A stretch of DNA of 64,000 bases from a bacterium (GTDB lineage: Bacteria; Patescibacteriota; Doudnabacteria; UBA920): NCBI GenBank assembly GCA_016699995.1, contig CP064996.1, positions 138,357 to 202,356 on the forward strand. The letters run 5' to 3'. The notes below the pieces were generated by a model that did not search any database, was not told where the DNA came from, and saw only the letters and a program-made list of their open reading frames with translations. Every line of letters starts with the position of its first letter. The first letter of the stretch is position 1. The position numbers and the translations under genes were made by a program. Of the stretch, positions 9,368 through 18,100 are shown piece by piece.

Positions 9368-9472
9368 AATTCCTCCTGTAGCCGGTTATTGTAGTAGTAA
9401 TTGGGTCAGGTGTCAATGTTGACACTTGAGTTTAAAATTGTTAAATTTAGAAGCCATTTCAGGAGGAATAAT

Positions 9473-9607
9473 ATGAGTAAATCACAGAGCAATACATGGA
9501 CCCCTGCCCCGATAGTGGGCGCTTTTGTGGAAGCAGCCGGTTCGCAAGGAAAGTTAGTTTGTATTCGGAGGAATTATGGAGGAAATAAAGTTTCGACCAG
9601 GATTTAA
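9473..9607 (+). CDS. Candidate small ORF (44 aa) with a strong SD
   Basis: AGGAGG lies 6 nt upstream of the ATG. It overlaps the next gene by 32 nt in another frame. A TTGACA-containing palindrome lies upstream. Not conserved-looking, so speculative. Confidence 0.2.
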   Translation: MSKSQSNTWTPAPIVGAFVEAAGSQGKLVCIRRNYGGNKVSTRI

Positions 9608-9929
9608 TTTCGACACCGCCAACGAGGAGTGGTTGGCCAAGCGGCTGGCCATGATCGTGCTAGGCACGGATCAAGTTACCAGAAAGGAAACCGGTTATCA
9701 GTGGGCTCTCGGTCCTACTAATGACTGGTGGATGGAATATGATCCGGTCGCGAAAGAAGTTACCTTGGCTTACCGTTATGGCGGGGGTCGCAACGACTCA
9801 CACATGAGAACTTTGCGCACGGCTATAATTTGGCTCTTAGGATTCGAGGATTCAAATCCTATTTTCGATGGGGGTCCGGACATGGCCTCGCCCGATAAAG
9901 GCTTGGCCAATAGGCTAAGTAGCATATAG
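9576..9929 (+). CDS. Hypothetical protein (117 aa)
   Basis: A GGAGG SD precedes the ATG. A terminator follows. Confidence 0.5.
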   Translation: MEEIKFRPGFNFDTANEEWLAKRLAMIVLGTDQVTRKETGYQWALGPTNDWWMEYDPVAKEVTLAYRYGGGRNDSHMRTLRTAIIWLLGFEDSNPIFDGGPDMASPDKGLANRLSSI

Positions 9930-9957
9930 AAATTTGCAATTCGATTGTAAATACACA

Positions 9958-9988
9958 ACAGCTAGTTTAAAAACTAGCTGTTTTTTTA
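9958..9988 (+). terminator. Rho-independent terminator
   Basis: CAGCTAGTTT-AAAA-AAACTAGCTG followed by TTTTTTTATTTT. Confidence 0.75.
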
Positions 9989-10074
9989 TTTTGTAACATT
10001 TATGGCGGTGGAACCGATATACCGCATAGAAAGGCATATTTTGCCAATATCTATCATTAATAAGAAAGGATATT

Positions 10075-10266
10075 ATGATGCTTTTACAAGACGCAGAGGG
10101 TGCTGATAAAGCAGCAGCTGACGCAGATGCTGCGATCGGCGAGGCAGATGCAGCGGTCCAAGAGGCAAAGCAAAAGGCTGCAGATGCCCGGCAAGAAGCT
10201 GCCGATGCTCATAGTGCCGCGGCAGAAGCTCATGAAGCAAATTCTAGTACCGAAGATGGGCTTTAA
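10075..10266 (+). CDS. Small Ala/Asp-rich protein (63 aa), hypothetical
   Basis: An AAAGGA SD precedes it. Low-complexity helical A/D/E/Q composition. Confidence 0.4.
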   Translation: MMLLQDAEGADKAAADADAAIGEADAAVQEAKQKAADARQEAADAHSAAAEAHEANSSTEDGL

Positions 10267-10329
10267 TTGATTGTTATAGGTTACTCGAAATTAAACATTA
10301 ATTATTAAATATTAAAAGGAAATAAAATT

Positions 10330-10587
10330 ATGGGAATTATTTTATGGTTAGTATTCGGCGCTATCGCCGGTTGGTTAGCTTCGTTGATCATGAAGACTGA
10401 TGGTCAGCAAGGCGCCTTAGGGAACATCATTGTTGGTATTATCGGAGCTGTCTTAGGTGGTTTCATCATGTCGATGGTTGGTGAATCCGGAGTGAATGGC
10501 TTCAACATTTATAGCTTATTGGTAGCCATTGGCGGCGCTATTGTGTTGCTATGGTTGGTTCGAATGTTCCGCGGCCGCGCTGCATAG
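10330..10587 (+). CDS. GlsB/YeaQ/YmgE family stress-response membrane protein (transglycosylase-associated protein)
   Basis: 85 aa. '[17 protein letters not shown]' and '[19 protein letters not shown]' are the hallmark Gly-zipper TM helices of this family. Confidence 0.8.
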   Translation: MGIILWLVFGAIAGWLASLIMKTDGQQGALGNIIVGIIGAVLGGFIMSMVGESGVNGFNIYSLLVAIGGAIVLLWLVRMFRGRAA

Positions 10588-10632
10588 ATTCGTTTAAGAC
10601 CAATCGTTAAAATTAATAACGAAAGGAAAGAT

Positions 10633-11091
10633 ATGGCTAATTCAGATACAAAGGTAACAAACCCTTTTACCTGGTTGAAGGAAGACCATAAAGCTGTAGA
10701 TGAATTGTTTGAAAAGCTATCAGATACTACCGAGAATGCTCTCAAAACGAGAGAAGAGTTGTTCACCAAGTTGAATGATTCATTGACACGTCATGCTGAA
10801 TTAGAAGAAGCTGTGTTATATCCAGCTTTAGAAGAGATACGTAAAACGCATGACATCACGATGGAGGCTTTCGAAGAACATCATGTCGCGAAACTTCTCT
10901 TAAGCGAATTAAGTAACCTTGATGTTGATACAGAGGAATGGACAGCAAAGCTAAAGGTGCTGCAGGAAAATATCGAACATCATGTCGACGAGGAAGAGAG
11001 TGATATGTTTAAAAAAGCCCAAAGCGCTCTAACAGAAGAGCAGCAAGAGGCGTTAGCAAAGGACATGGAAGCCTTTCTGGTCAACTACTAA
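10633..11091 (+). CDS. Hemerythrin-like (HHE cation-binding) domain protein
   Basis: 152 aa. 'H..ELEE..LYPALEE' and 'EEHHVAKLLLSEL' motifs, with an all-helical acidic composition. Confidence 0.55.
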   Translation: MANSDTKVTNPFTWLKEDHKAVDELFEKLSDTTENALKTREELFTKLNDSLTRHAELEEAVLYPALEEIRKTHDITMEAFEEHHVAKLLLSELSNLDVDTEEWTAKLKVLQENIEHHVDEEESDMFKKAQSALTEEQQEALAKDMEAFLVNY

Positions 11092-11213
11092 ATTTGTTTT
11101 TGCCCCAGCTGGTTTTATAACAACATCAGCGGCAGCAACACTCTCGACTAAAATAAGAACCGCTTATCTGAAAGCTATCAGATAAGCGGTTTTGTAGTGT
11201 TATGCCACGCGGG

Positions 11214-12668
11214 TTAGACCGCATAAGCAGCAATTTGTTCATCGGTCACGCCGAAGTCTTTTTTGAATTCATCAAGGAAAAAGGTGTACTTCCCCCCTAG
11301 GAATTCAACCGTTCTGAGAACGTCGCGCAGCGCGTTTCGCATGGAGACAGTTGCACCCGGAGACGGCGTGGTGTTTAAAATCACGCGATCGCCTATGATG
11401 TTTTTGTCTCCCATGACTAGCGGATTGTCGGCGTCTAGGTCGATTATCTGCGGGCGGCTGCCACCGTGCCCTGCGTACAGTTCCAGCTCGTCTATTTGCA
11501 AGTCGGGAATAATCTTCCGTGCTTCTCGCAGCACTAAGTATTTTCCCATCCTTGGAGTCTCGAACAAGACGTTCTTGATGCCGTACGTAGCCAGATTGTT
11601 CTTGCGTATGGAACGGACGAACGCCCGCCAGCCTTCGAGAGTGGTGAGCAGCGGGGTGTGAAAATAGTCGGTGACAGTGCTGTAGTCCCTTCGGATCATC
11701 ATTAGTATGATCTGCGTTGTTGGGCCAAGCTGGACAACATTTGTAACCAGGTTGCGGTCCATGTGGAAAGCGGCGAAGGGGATGCTGTCGTTTTGTACCG
11801 TATAGACTTTGCCCCGAATATCCCTTTCAACTTTATAGAAGTTACCGCCGACATTGAGCATTGCGTAACGCAGCCCAAGGCCGAGTTTGTGAGCATAGCT
11901 AAGGCTATAGGCTCCGGCCGCAAACTCTACTGTGCTGGCATCGATGACCATGCCGTTTTTTGTCATGATCCTGTACCCGGTAGTGATCTGGTTAACGTCC
12001 TTGATAGGGATAATTGTTTCCAGAGGGGACTCCCAGTGCACTTCCACCTTTTTACCCGGCACTGCCATTGCATCTTTAATGAGTTCCCGAGCATAGAGCT
12101 GATAGTTCATGCAGATGCGGTTGGGGGTATACAGGGCCATTATATCGTCCGGGCCGGTTTTTAACCTGCCAGACATGACTTGCGGTTCTATGACAGATAT
12201 TTCTTTGCCGTAGATTTCCCTAAGATCGGGATAATCTTCCTTAATAGCCTGAAAGCGATTTCGGAGAAGATCGCATTCCGATTTGCCGACGCCTATGACC
12301 ATGCCGGGAACTGTAGTGAATAGTCCGTCAACATCTTTTTTGGTGATATAGCTTCGGATGAGCTTTCCGGCAAAGTGAACCTTTCGGGCCTTTTCCGGGG
12401 AGTAGTTGGTTTCGGTGTCGCCCTCGTGGAGGGTTTGCGCGTTATTCTCGTGGCTCGAATTTACCAGTGCGGCGTCCTTATACCTTTCAATAATCACGAT
12501 GTGATTTATGTCGGTGTATTTTGCTGCCAAGTAAGCGGCAGCTGCGCCGGTTACGCCAGCACCCACTATTAGAAAATCGCAATTGATCTTTTTATCGGTG
12601 AACATTTTATCATTCCTCCAAATGAAAATTTTACCTAGAAATATACCATAAATAAGCTTAAAAGTCAA
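11214..12668 (-). CDS. mqo: Malate:quinone oxidoreductase (FAD-dependent)
   Basis: 484 aa. The N-terminal Rossmann fold 'DFLIVGAGVTGAAAAY' is followed by 'SSHENNAQTLHEGDTETNYSP', which aligns with the Mqo '[22 protein letters not shown]' block. A 'VEFAAGAYSLSYA' block aligns as well. Confidence 0.7.
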   Translation of the reverse strand: MTFKLIYGIFLGKIFIWRNDKMFTDKKINCDFLIVGAGVTGAAAAYLAAKYTDINHIVIIERYKDAALVNSSHENNAQTLHEGDTETNYSPEKARKVHFAGKLIRSYITKKDVDGLFTTVPGMVIGVGKSECDLLRNRFQAIKEDYPDLREIYGKEISVIEPQVMSGRLKTGPDDIMALYTPNRICMNYQLYARELIKDAMAVPGKKVEVHWESPLETIIPIKDVNQITTGYRIMTKNGMVIDASTVEFAAGAYSLSYAHKLGLGLRYAMLNVGGNFYKVERDIRGKVYTVQNDSIPFAAFHMDRNLVTNVVQLGPTTQIILMMIRRDYSTVTDYFHTPLLTTLEGWRAFVRSIRKNNLATYGIKNVLFETPRMGKYLVLREARKIIPDLQIDELELYAGHGGSRPQIIDLDADNPLVMGDKNIIGDRVILNTTPSPGATVSMRNALRDVLRTVEFLGGKYTFFLDEFKKDFGVTDEQIAAYAV

Positions 12669-12695
12669 CTAAATAAGCTAAAAAATGGCTTATTA

Positions 12696-12724
12696 TTGAC
12701 ATTTTTGGTATTTTCGGTTATAAT
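12696..12724 (+). promoter_or_regulatory. Sigma70-like promoter (TTGACA-N17-TATAAT) in the mqo/icd divergent intergenic region
   Basis: TTGACAtttttggtattttcggtTATAAT lies about 35 nt upstream of the isocitrate dehydrogenase SD (GGAGG). Confidence 0.5.
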
Positions 12725-12758
12725 AGACAGTTCGCAAAAGCAATAGTGGAGGACTAAT

Positions 12759-13850
12759 ATGGGACAAGAAATTGTTACAAATAATGCTAATTCCAGCGCA
12801 GGGGCCGAAAAGGTTTATGCGATTACAGTCATCCCCGGAGACGGGATAGGACCGGAGGTAGTTGCCGCAACTCAAAAAGTTTTAGAGGCAACCGGTCTAA
12901 ACTTCGACTGGCAGATTCAGTTGGCTGGCGCGCATGCTTATCATCATCTTGGTGATCCGCTGCCGCAGCAGACACTGGATTCGATCCGTCAAAATAAAGT
13001 CGCGCTCAAAGGCCCGACTCATGTGGCGAAAGGTGCTAATTACGGCAGCATTAATGTGGATCTTCGTAAACAGTTTGATCTGTACGCGAATGTTCGGCGA
13101 TCTTATGCTTATACCGGAGTGCCTGCCAGGTATCCTGGTGTGGACTTAGTGGTCTTTCGCGAGAATGTGGAAGACTTTTATTGCGGAACAGAACGTTTTG
13201 TTGACGAGGCTGAGACAATAGCTGAGGCTACTGGCGTGATTACCATGCCAGGTTCGGAAAGAATTTTCCGGGCTGCATTCGAGTACGCTCGCAAGAAGGG
13301 GCGAAAAACAGTGACAGCAGTTCATAAAGCCAACATCTTCCCCAAATTTTACGGGACATTCTTAAATGCTGGCCGCAGGGTCGCTGAACAGTATCCGGAA
13401 ATCGAGTTTAACGATCGCATTGTCGATAACATGGCTATGCAGCTCGTTGTTAATCCGCATCAATTCGATGTGATTGTGTGTACGAATTTATTCGGCGACA
13501 TCATTTCCGACTTATGCGCAGGATTGGTTGGTGGTCTGGGCGTTGCTCCGGGTGCTAACATCGGAGATGACTGCGCGATCTACGAAGCAGTACATGGTAC
13601 GGCTCCGGATATTGCCGGTAAAAACATCGCTAATCCCACCGCGCTAATTTTGAGCGGAGCAATGATGCTTTCACATCTGGGAGAAGAGCAAGCGGCAAGA
13701 GCAGTGCGCAAGGCCTTGATAGGCGTTCTTGCCGAAGGCACTCACGTCACGGCGGATATTGCAGTCAGCACTCCAGTCGGGACTGAGCAGATGGCTTCTC
13801 ACATAGCTAGCCGGGTCAGAAATTTGAGCATGGCAGCAGCACGTGCGTGA
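12759..13850 (+). CDS. icd: Isocitrate dehydrogenase (isocitrate/isopropylmalate dehydrogenase family)
   Basis: 363 aa. '[11 protein letters not shown]', 'DLYANVRR' and '[10 protein letters not shown]' motifs. The DLYANVR motif favours IDH over LeuB. Confidence 0.7.
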   Translation: MGQEIVTNNANSSAGAEKVYAITVIPGDGIGPEVVAATQKVLEATGLNFDWQIQLAGAHAYHHLGDPLPQQTLDSIRQNKVALKGPTHVAKGANYGSINVDLRKQFDLYANVRRSYAYTGVPARYPGVDLVVFRENVEDFYCGTERFVDEAETIAEATGVITMPGSERIFRAAFEYARKKGRKTVTAVHKANIFPKFYGTFLNAGRRVAEQYPEIEFNDRIVDNMAMQLVVNPHQFDVIVCTNLFGDIISDLCAGLVGGLGVAPGANIGDDCAIYEAVHGTAPDIAGKNIANPTALILSGAMMLSHLGEEQAARAVRKALIGVLAEGTHVTADIAVSTPVGTEQMASHIASRVRNLSMAAARA

Positions 13851-13882
13851 TCCGCTCGTGTGATCACAGCTCGGGAGGAGAT

Positions 13883-14428
13883 ATGCAAACAAGAGAACAG
13901 AAAACGTCCGAAGTAATTTTGGTTCTCGCCACTCCTGATGATGCTAAGGAATTAGCGGAAGCAATGAGAGGGGCGGAACTGAAAAACTTTGCGCAGCTTC
14001 AGAATGATGTTACCGATGAAGAAGAGCGAGCCTATCTGAAAAGAAAACAGGACGAAGGTTCGCTGATCTATTTGGTTATGGCTAACGGCCGGATTGTGGG
14101 CACAGTTGGCTTGCATGAGGTGGATATGTTTATGCGCATCGCGCGCATAGGCGTCACCATCTTTCACAGCAGAGACAGACATGCTCATTACGGCAGGATA
14201 GCGATGACCAAGCTCATCGAACTGGCGTTTACGGTTCATGGCATCGAGCGGCTCGAAGCAAAGGTTGTTGCGACAAACCAAAAGCAAATCGCTTGGGACG
14301 AAAGCTTCGGCTTTGTCCGTGAAGGTTTGGCTCGCGGCAAGTATTTGATCAACGAACAGCGGCTTGATATGGTAACGCTAGGTCTGCTTAAAACAGACTG
14401 GTTAGAAAAGAACGGAGGTAATGGATGA
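13883..14428 (+). CDS. GNAT family N-acetyltransferase (RimJ/RimL-like)
   Basis: The ATG at 13883 lies within track ORF 13847..14428. It has an acetyl-CoA binding-type core 'RIARIGVTIFHS...HYGRIAM'. Confidence 0.6.
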   Translation: MQTREQKTSEVILVLATPDDAKELAEAMRGAELKNFAQLQNDVTDEEERAYLKRKQDEGSLIYLVMANGRIVGTVGLHEVDMFMRIARIGVTIFHSRDRHAHYGRIAMTKLIELAFTVHGIERLEAKVVATNQKQIAWDESFGFVREGLARGKYLINEQRLDMVTLGLLKTDWLEKNGGNG

Positions 14429-14721
14429 AATTTTTCAGTAAATCAAGTTTGATAGCTTTTTTGCTAGGGGTACTGTTAACGGTTAGCGCCGTTATGGTAA
14501 GCTCGTGCAATGAGCAGCAGAGGGCTCGTCAGTTAGGCGGCAATAGCACTGTCGAATTGCCGCAAGGCCAGAAGCTGGTTATCATAACCTGGAAAGAAGG
14601 CAATCTATGGTATTTGACTAAGCCCATGACGGGTAGCGATACCGCTGACACTTACACATTTAAGGAGTCTAGCGGGTACGGAGTCATGGAAGGGACTGTA
14701 ATAATCAAAGAACGCAAGTAG
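14425..14721 (+). CDS. Small secreted/lipoprotein-like protein (98 aa)
   Basis: The signal peptide ends in 'VSSCNEQQ', which suggests a possible lipobox. It overlaps the GNAT stop by 4 nt. Confidence 0.5.
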   Translation: MKFFSKSSLIAFLLGVLLTVSAVMVSSCNEQQRARQLGGNSTVELPQGQKLVIITWKEGNLWYLTKPMTGSDTADTYTFKESSGYGVMEGTVIIKERK

Positions 14722-14728
14722 TTCTACA

Positions 14729-14760
14729 GCCGGCACGAAATATGTGCCGGCTTTTTTATT
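14729..14760 (+). terminator. Rho-independent terminator
   Basis: GCCGGCAC-GAAATAT-GTGCCGGC followed by TTTTTTATTTT. Confidence 0.8.
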
Positions 14761-14823
14761 TTCAACGCATCGCAGCTTTTGAGGTATTACTCATAAAAAT
14801 CTAAAATCTTTTTGTATTATTCG

Positions 14824-14852
14824 TTGACATTAAGCCAATTTTATGATATTAT
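14824..14852 (+). promoter_or_regulatory. Sigma70-like promoter TTGACA-N17-TATTAT upstream of the HTH/giant-protein operon
   Basis: TTGACAttaagccaattttatgaTATTAT. A perfect 7-bp inverted repeat GTATCGG-ATAG-CCGATAC follows at about 14865-14882. Confidence 0.5.
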
Positions 14853-14939
14853 AAAATCAGAAAAGTATCGGATAGCCGATACAGTATTGCTCAAACGAGC
14901 AATTACAGTTTCGAAACAAAAATAAAAACAAAATCGAAT

Positions 14940-15188
14940 ATGTCAGAGCATGAAAAGCAGAAGTTATTGGCATCTGGTAAGCTTGTATCCATTTCTCAGG
15001 TGGCAGAGCAGACTCCTTACAGCGCCGAATACATCTCCTTGCTTGTAAGAAAAGGGAAGATCCCAGCGATAAAGATTACGCGTGATTGGTTAACTACACA
15101 TCAGGCGGTTTCTTTGTATGTAAAAAAGCAAAAGGAAAAGCATAAACAACTTTTAAAGCGATTTGATCGGGTTGGGAGGGGAGTATGA
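14940..15188 (+). CDS. Small HTH-type DNA-binding protein (82 aa), putative regulator
   Basis: 'ISQVAEQTPYSAEYISLLVRKGKIPAIKI' resembles a MerR/excisionase-type HTH. Its stop TGA overlaps the ATG of the giant gene (ATGA). Confidence 0.5.
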   Translation: MSEHEKQKLLASGKLVSISQVAEQTPYSAEYISLLVRKGKIPAIKITRDWLTTHQAVSLYVKKQKEKHKQLLKRFDRVGRGV

Positions 15189-18100
15189 ACATCAAGCAAG
15201 CTTTAAGATATTTATTAGTCGTTGCTTCGATTGTGGCCGCAGGATTTTTCCTTACTTTGTCTCCCAATAAATCGCTTGCTTCTGACCAAGAAGTCTTAAA
15301 CACTTCTCAAACCGAGTCATCGACACTGGAAGAGAGTAATATCTCGGATGCTGCCTCTTTAGGAAGTAATTTAGATACAGATCAGGAACCCCAACAAGAT
15401 CCAGTAGTCGCAGAGGAAACAGCCGATCTCGAGCAAAATGTGAGTTCTGAACAAGTTCCTGATACTGCTTCGGAAACCACTCAGAACGAGCTAGATCAAG
15501 AGCCTCAACAGCCCACCACAGTCGAAGAAAACAATCCTGCTTCTGACCTCGGGCAGGGTCCTGCTGATGATAGTAGCGAAGAAAATATTGTTGAATCATC
15601 AGATCAGAATCAGGCGTCTGCACAAATTGATCTCACTCCTACTGTCATTGAACAAACAACTGCCAATGGAAAGATTGTTGTGATCTCTGCGACAGAGGAG
15701 CAGGAAGCAGTACATCAGTTCTTAGACGTGCCGGTGAAGACAGAAATCCCAGAAATATTCAGGGTAGGTCAGGAGACTTTAATTAAAATCAAATGGCAAA
15801 ATAATAATGGTCAGGATATGCAGTTCGTTGCATATGACGATGACGAGGACGGATATATTGATCACGTTGCTTGGGTGGTTCCTCATTTATCTGTTCAGAC
15901 GTTCGAAATAATTTTTATTTCTGATGCACTACTTTTGGATGCTGATAAAAACACAATCTTAGATATTTATAATCAAGTTAATGCTCGCGACTACGATTAC
16001 GCTACTGTTATCGATGGTCAGTTTGTAAGAGTAACATTCGAACAGCTGCTTAACAGCACAAAGGATATTACGCTGTTTGCAAAAGCTACAGACCCAAGCC
16101 AACCTGCCATTATCGAAGTTTACACTACTGGCGGCGAGCTGCTCGCAACATTTTCTGAAATCGCCGAAGACGGTAAATATAGAATCCTGCTTTCGAACTT
16201 ACAGAATCCAGCTTCGGTATTCGATTTAAGAATTATCGGAAGTGCGGATATAGATTTTATAGTTGACCCTCCGCTTACTGCGTATTGGGTGGGAGGCAGC
16301 GGTGACTGGTCTGATGCTGCTAATCACTGGGCGACTACATCTGGAGGAACCCCAAATGCAGCAAATGCACCAGATGCAACCAGTAATGTTGTCTTTGATG
16401 CTTTGTCTGGCTCATCTACAGATGTAATCAATATTGACGTGGCGGCAACAGTTGGTTCGTTAACCATTAATGGCTATGTAGGAACAATTAAGCAAAATGC
16501 AGACTTAATCATTACTAACTCCGGTGGTCAGTCTGGTGACTATTCTCAGGTAACGGCCGCGACTTGGACCACACCAAATCCGGCTTCTGATACTTTCTCT
16601 GCAACTGGAAGCTTCTCCATTAGTGCCGGTATATTTAGACGATTTACTGGAACCGGAATTAGTGTAGATCCATTTGTAATCTACGATGTGTACGGTTTGC
16701 AAGCTATGAAGACGAATCTGGCCAATTCTTATAAGCTTAGCGGTGATATTGATGCGTCAGTAACTTCTGGATGGAATGCAGGCCAAGGATTTATTCCGGT
16801 TGGAGATAACGTTAACAACTACACGGGCAATTTTGACGGAGCCGGTTTTACGATTAGCGATTTATATATTAACTCGACGACTTTAAGTTATGTCGGGCTT
16901 TTTGGCTATACACTTGGCAGTATTCAGAATCTTGTTTTGGCTGATGCGTCTATCACTGGTATTGGTACCATTGGTGCTAATGGTTCTGACGGAGCCGCAG
17001 GTACTAATGGGACTACCCCAACAGCAGGCGGAACAGGCACAGTAGGTTCTGCTGGCGGCGCTCTATATATAGGAGGTTTGGCTGGTTATAACGCTGGCAC
17101 GATTACTAATGTTAGCGTATCTGGAACAGTTACAGGAACAGGCGGAACAGGTGGTAACTCTGGTAATGGTGGTGCTGGTGGTAATACTACTAGCGGGGCT
17201 ACTGCTGGCGGAGCTGGCGGAACCACGTTGGCTGGTGGAGCTGGCGCAGTTGTATATAGTGGCGGCTTAATTGGATATTCTGCACAAGGAAGCATCGAGA
17301 GCTCTAGTTCTTCGGCTGCCGTAACAGGAACAGGCGGAACAGGTGGTAACTCTGGTAATGGTGGTAATGGTGGTAACAATGCCGGAACAGGAGCAGGTGG
17401 TGCGGGCGGAGGAGCTGGCGCAGGCGGAGCCGGTGGAATTAGCTATGCCGGCGGTTTGATTGGGTGGGTTAACTCTGGAATGGTTGTCACATCTTTTTCT
17501 ACAGGAAGCGTCACAGCAATCGGCGGCGCAGGCGGTTTAGCTGGAGCTGCTGGTTCTGGCGGTAATCCAGGGACGGCGGCAGTTGGTGGCGCAGGCGGCG
17601 CAGGCGGCGCTGGTGGCGCAGGCGGTGCTAGCTATGCCGGCGGATTAGTCGGTGTGAACTTGGGTAATGTTAGATACGCTTCGTATGCAACTGGAAATGT
17701 CATCGCCACAGGTGGTACTCCTGGCAACGGATCGGCTGGCGCAGCAGGGACCGCTAGTACAGTTGCAACTACTGGTACTGCTTCAACTGGCGGCGCAGGC
17801 GGTGCGGGCGGTGCAGGAGGTGTTGCCTATGCAGGTGGCTTGGTTGGTCAGAACAGCCCCGATGGAGTAATTAGCGGTGTAACCAGTCCCAATTATGCGA
17901 CAGGCAATGTTACTGCAACAGGATCTAATGGGCAGAACGGTAATGTTGGCGGTACAGGCGGAAGCGCAGCAGCAGGAACAGCTCATACCGGGGGTACAGG
18001 CGGAGCTGGGGCTGTAGGCGGGGCAGGAGGTGGCGCATACGCCGGTGGATTAGTCGGTATTAACTCTGGGGTGATTTTAATTTCAAATTCTAATACAGGA

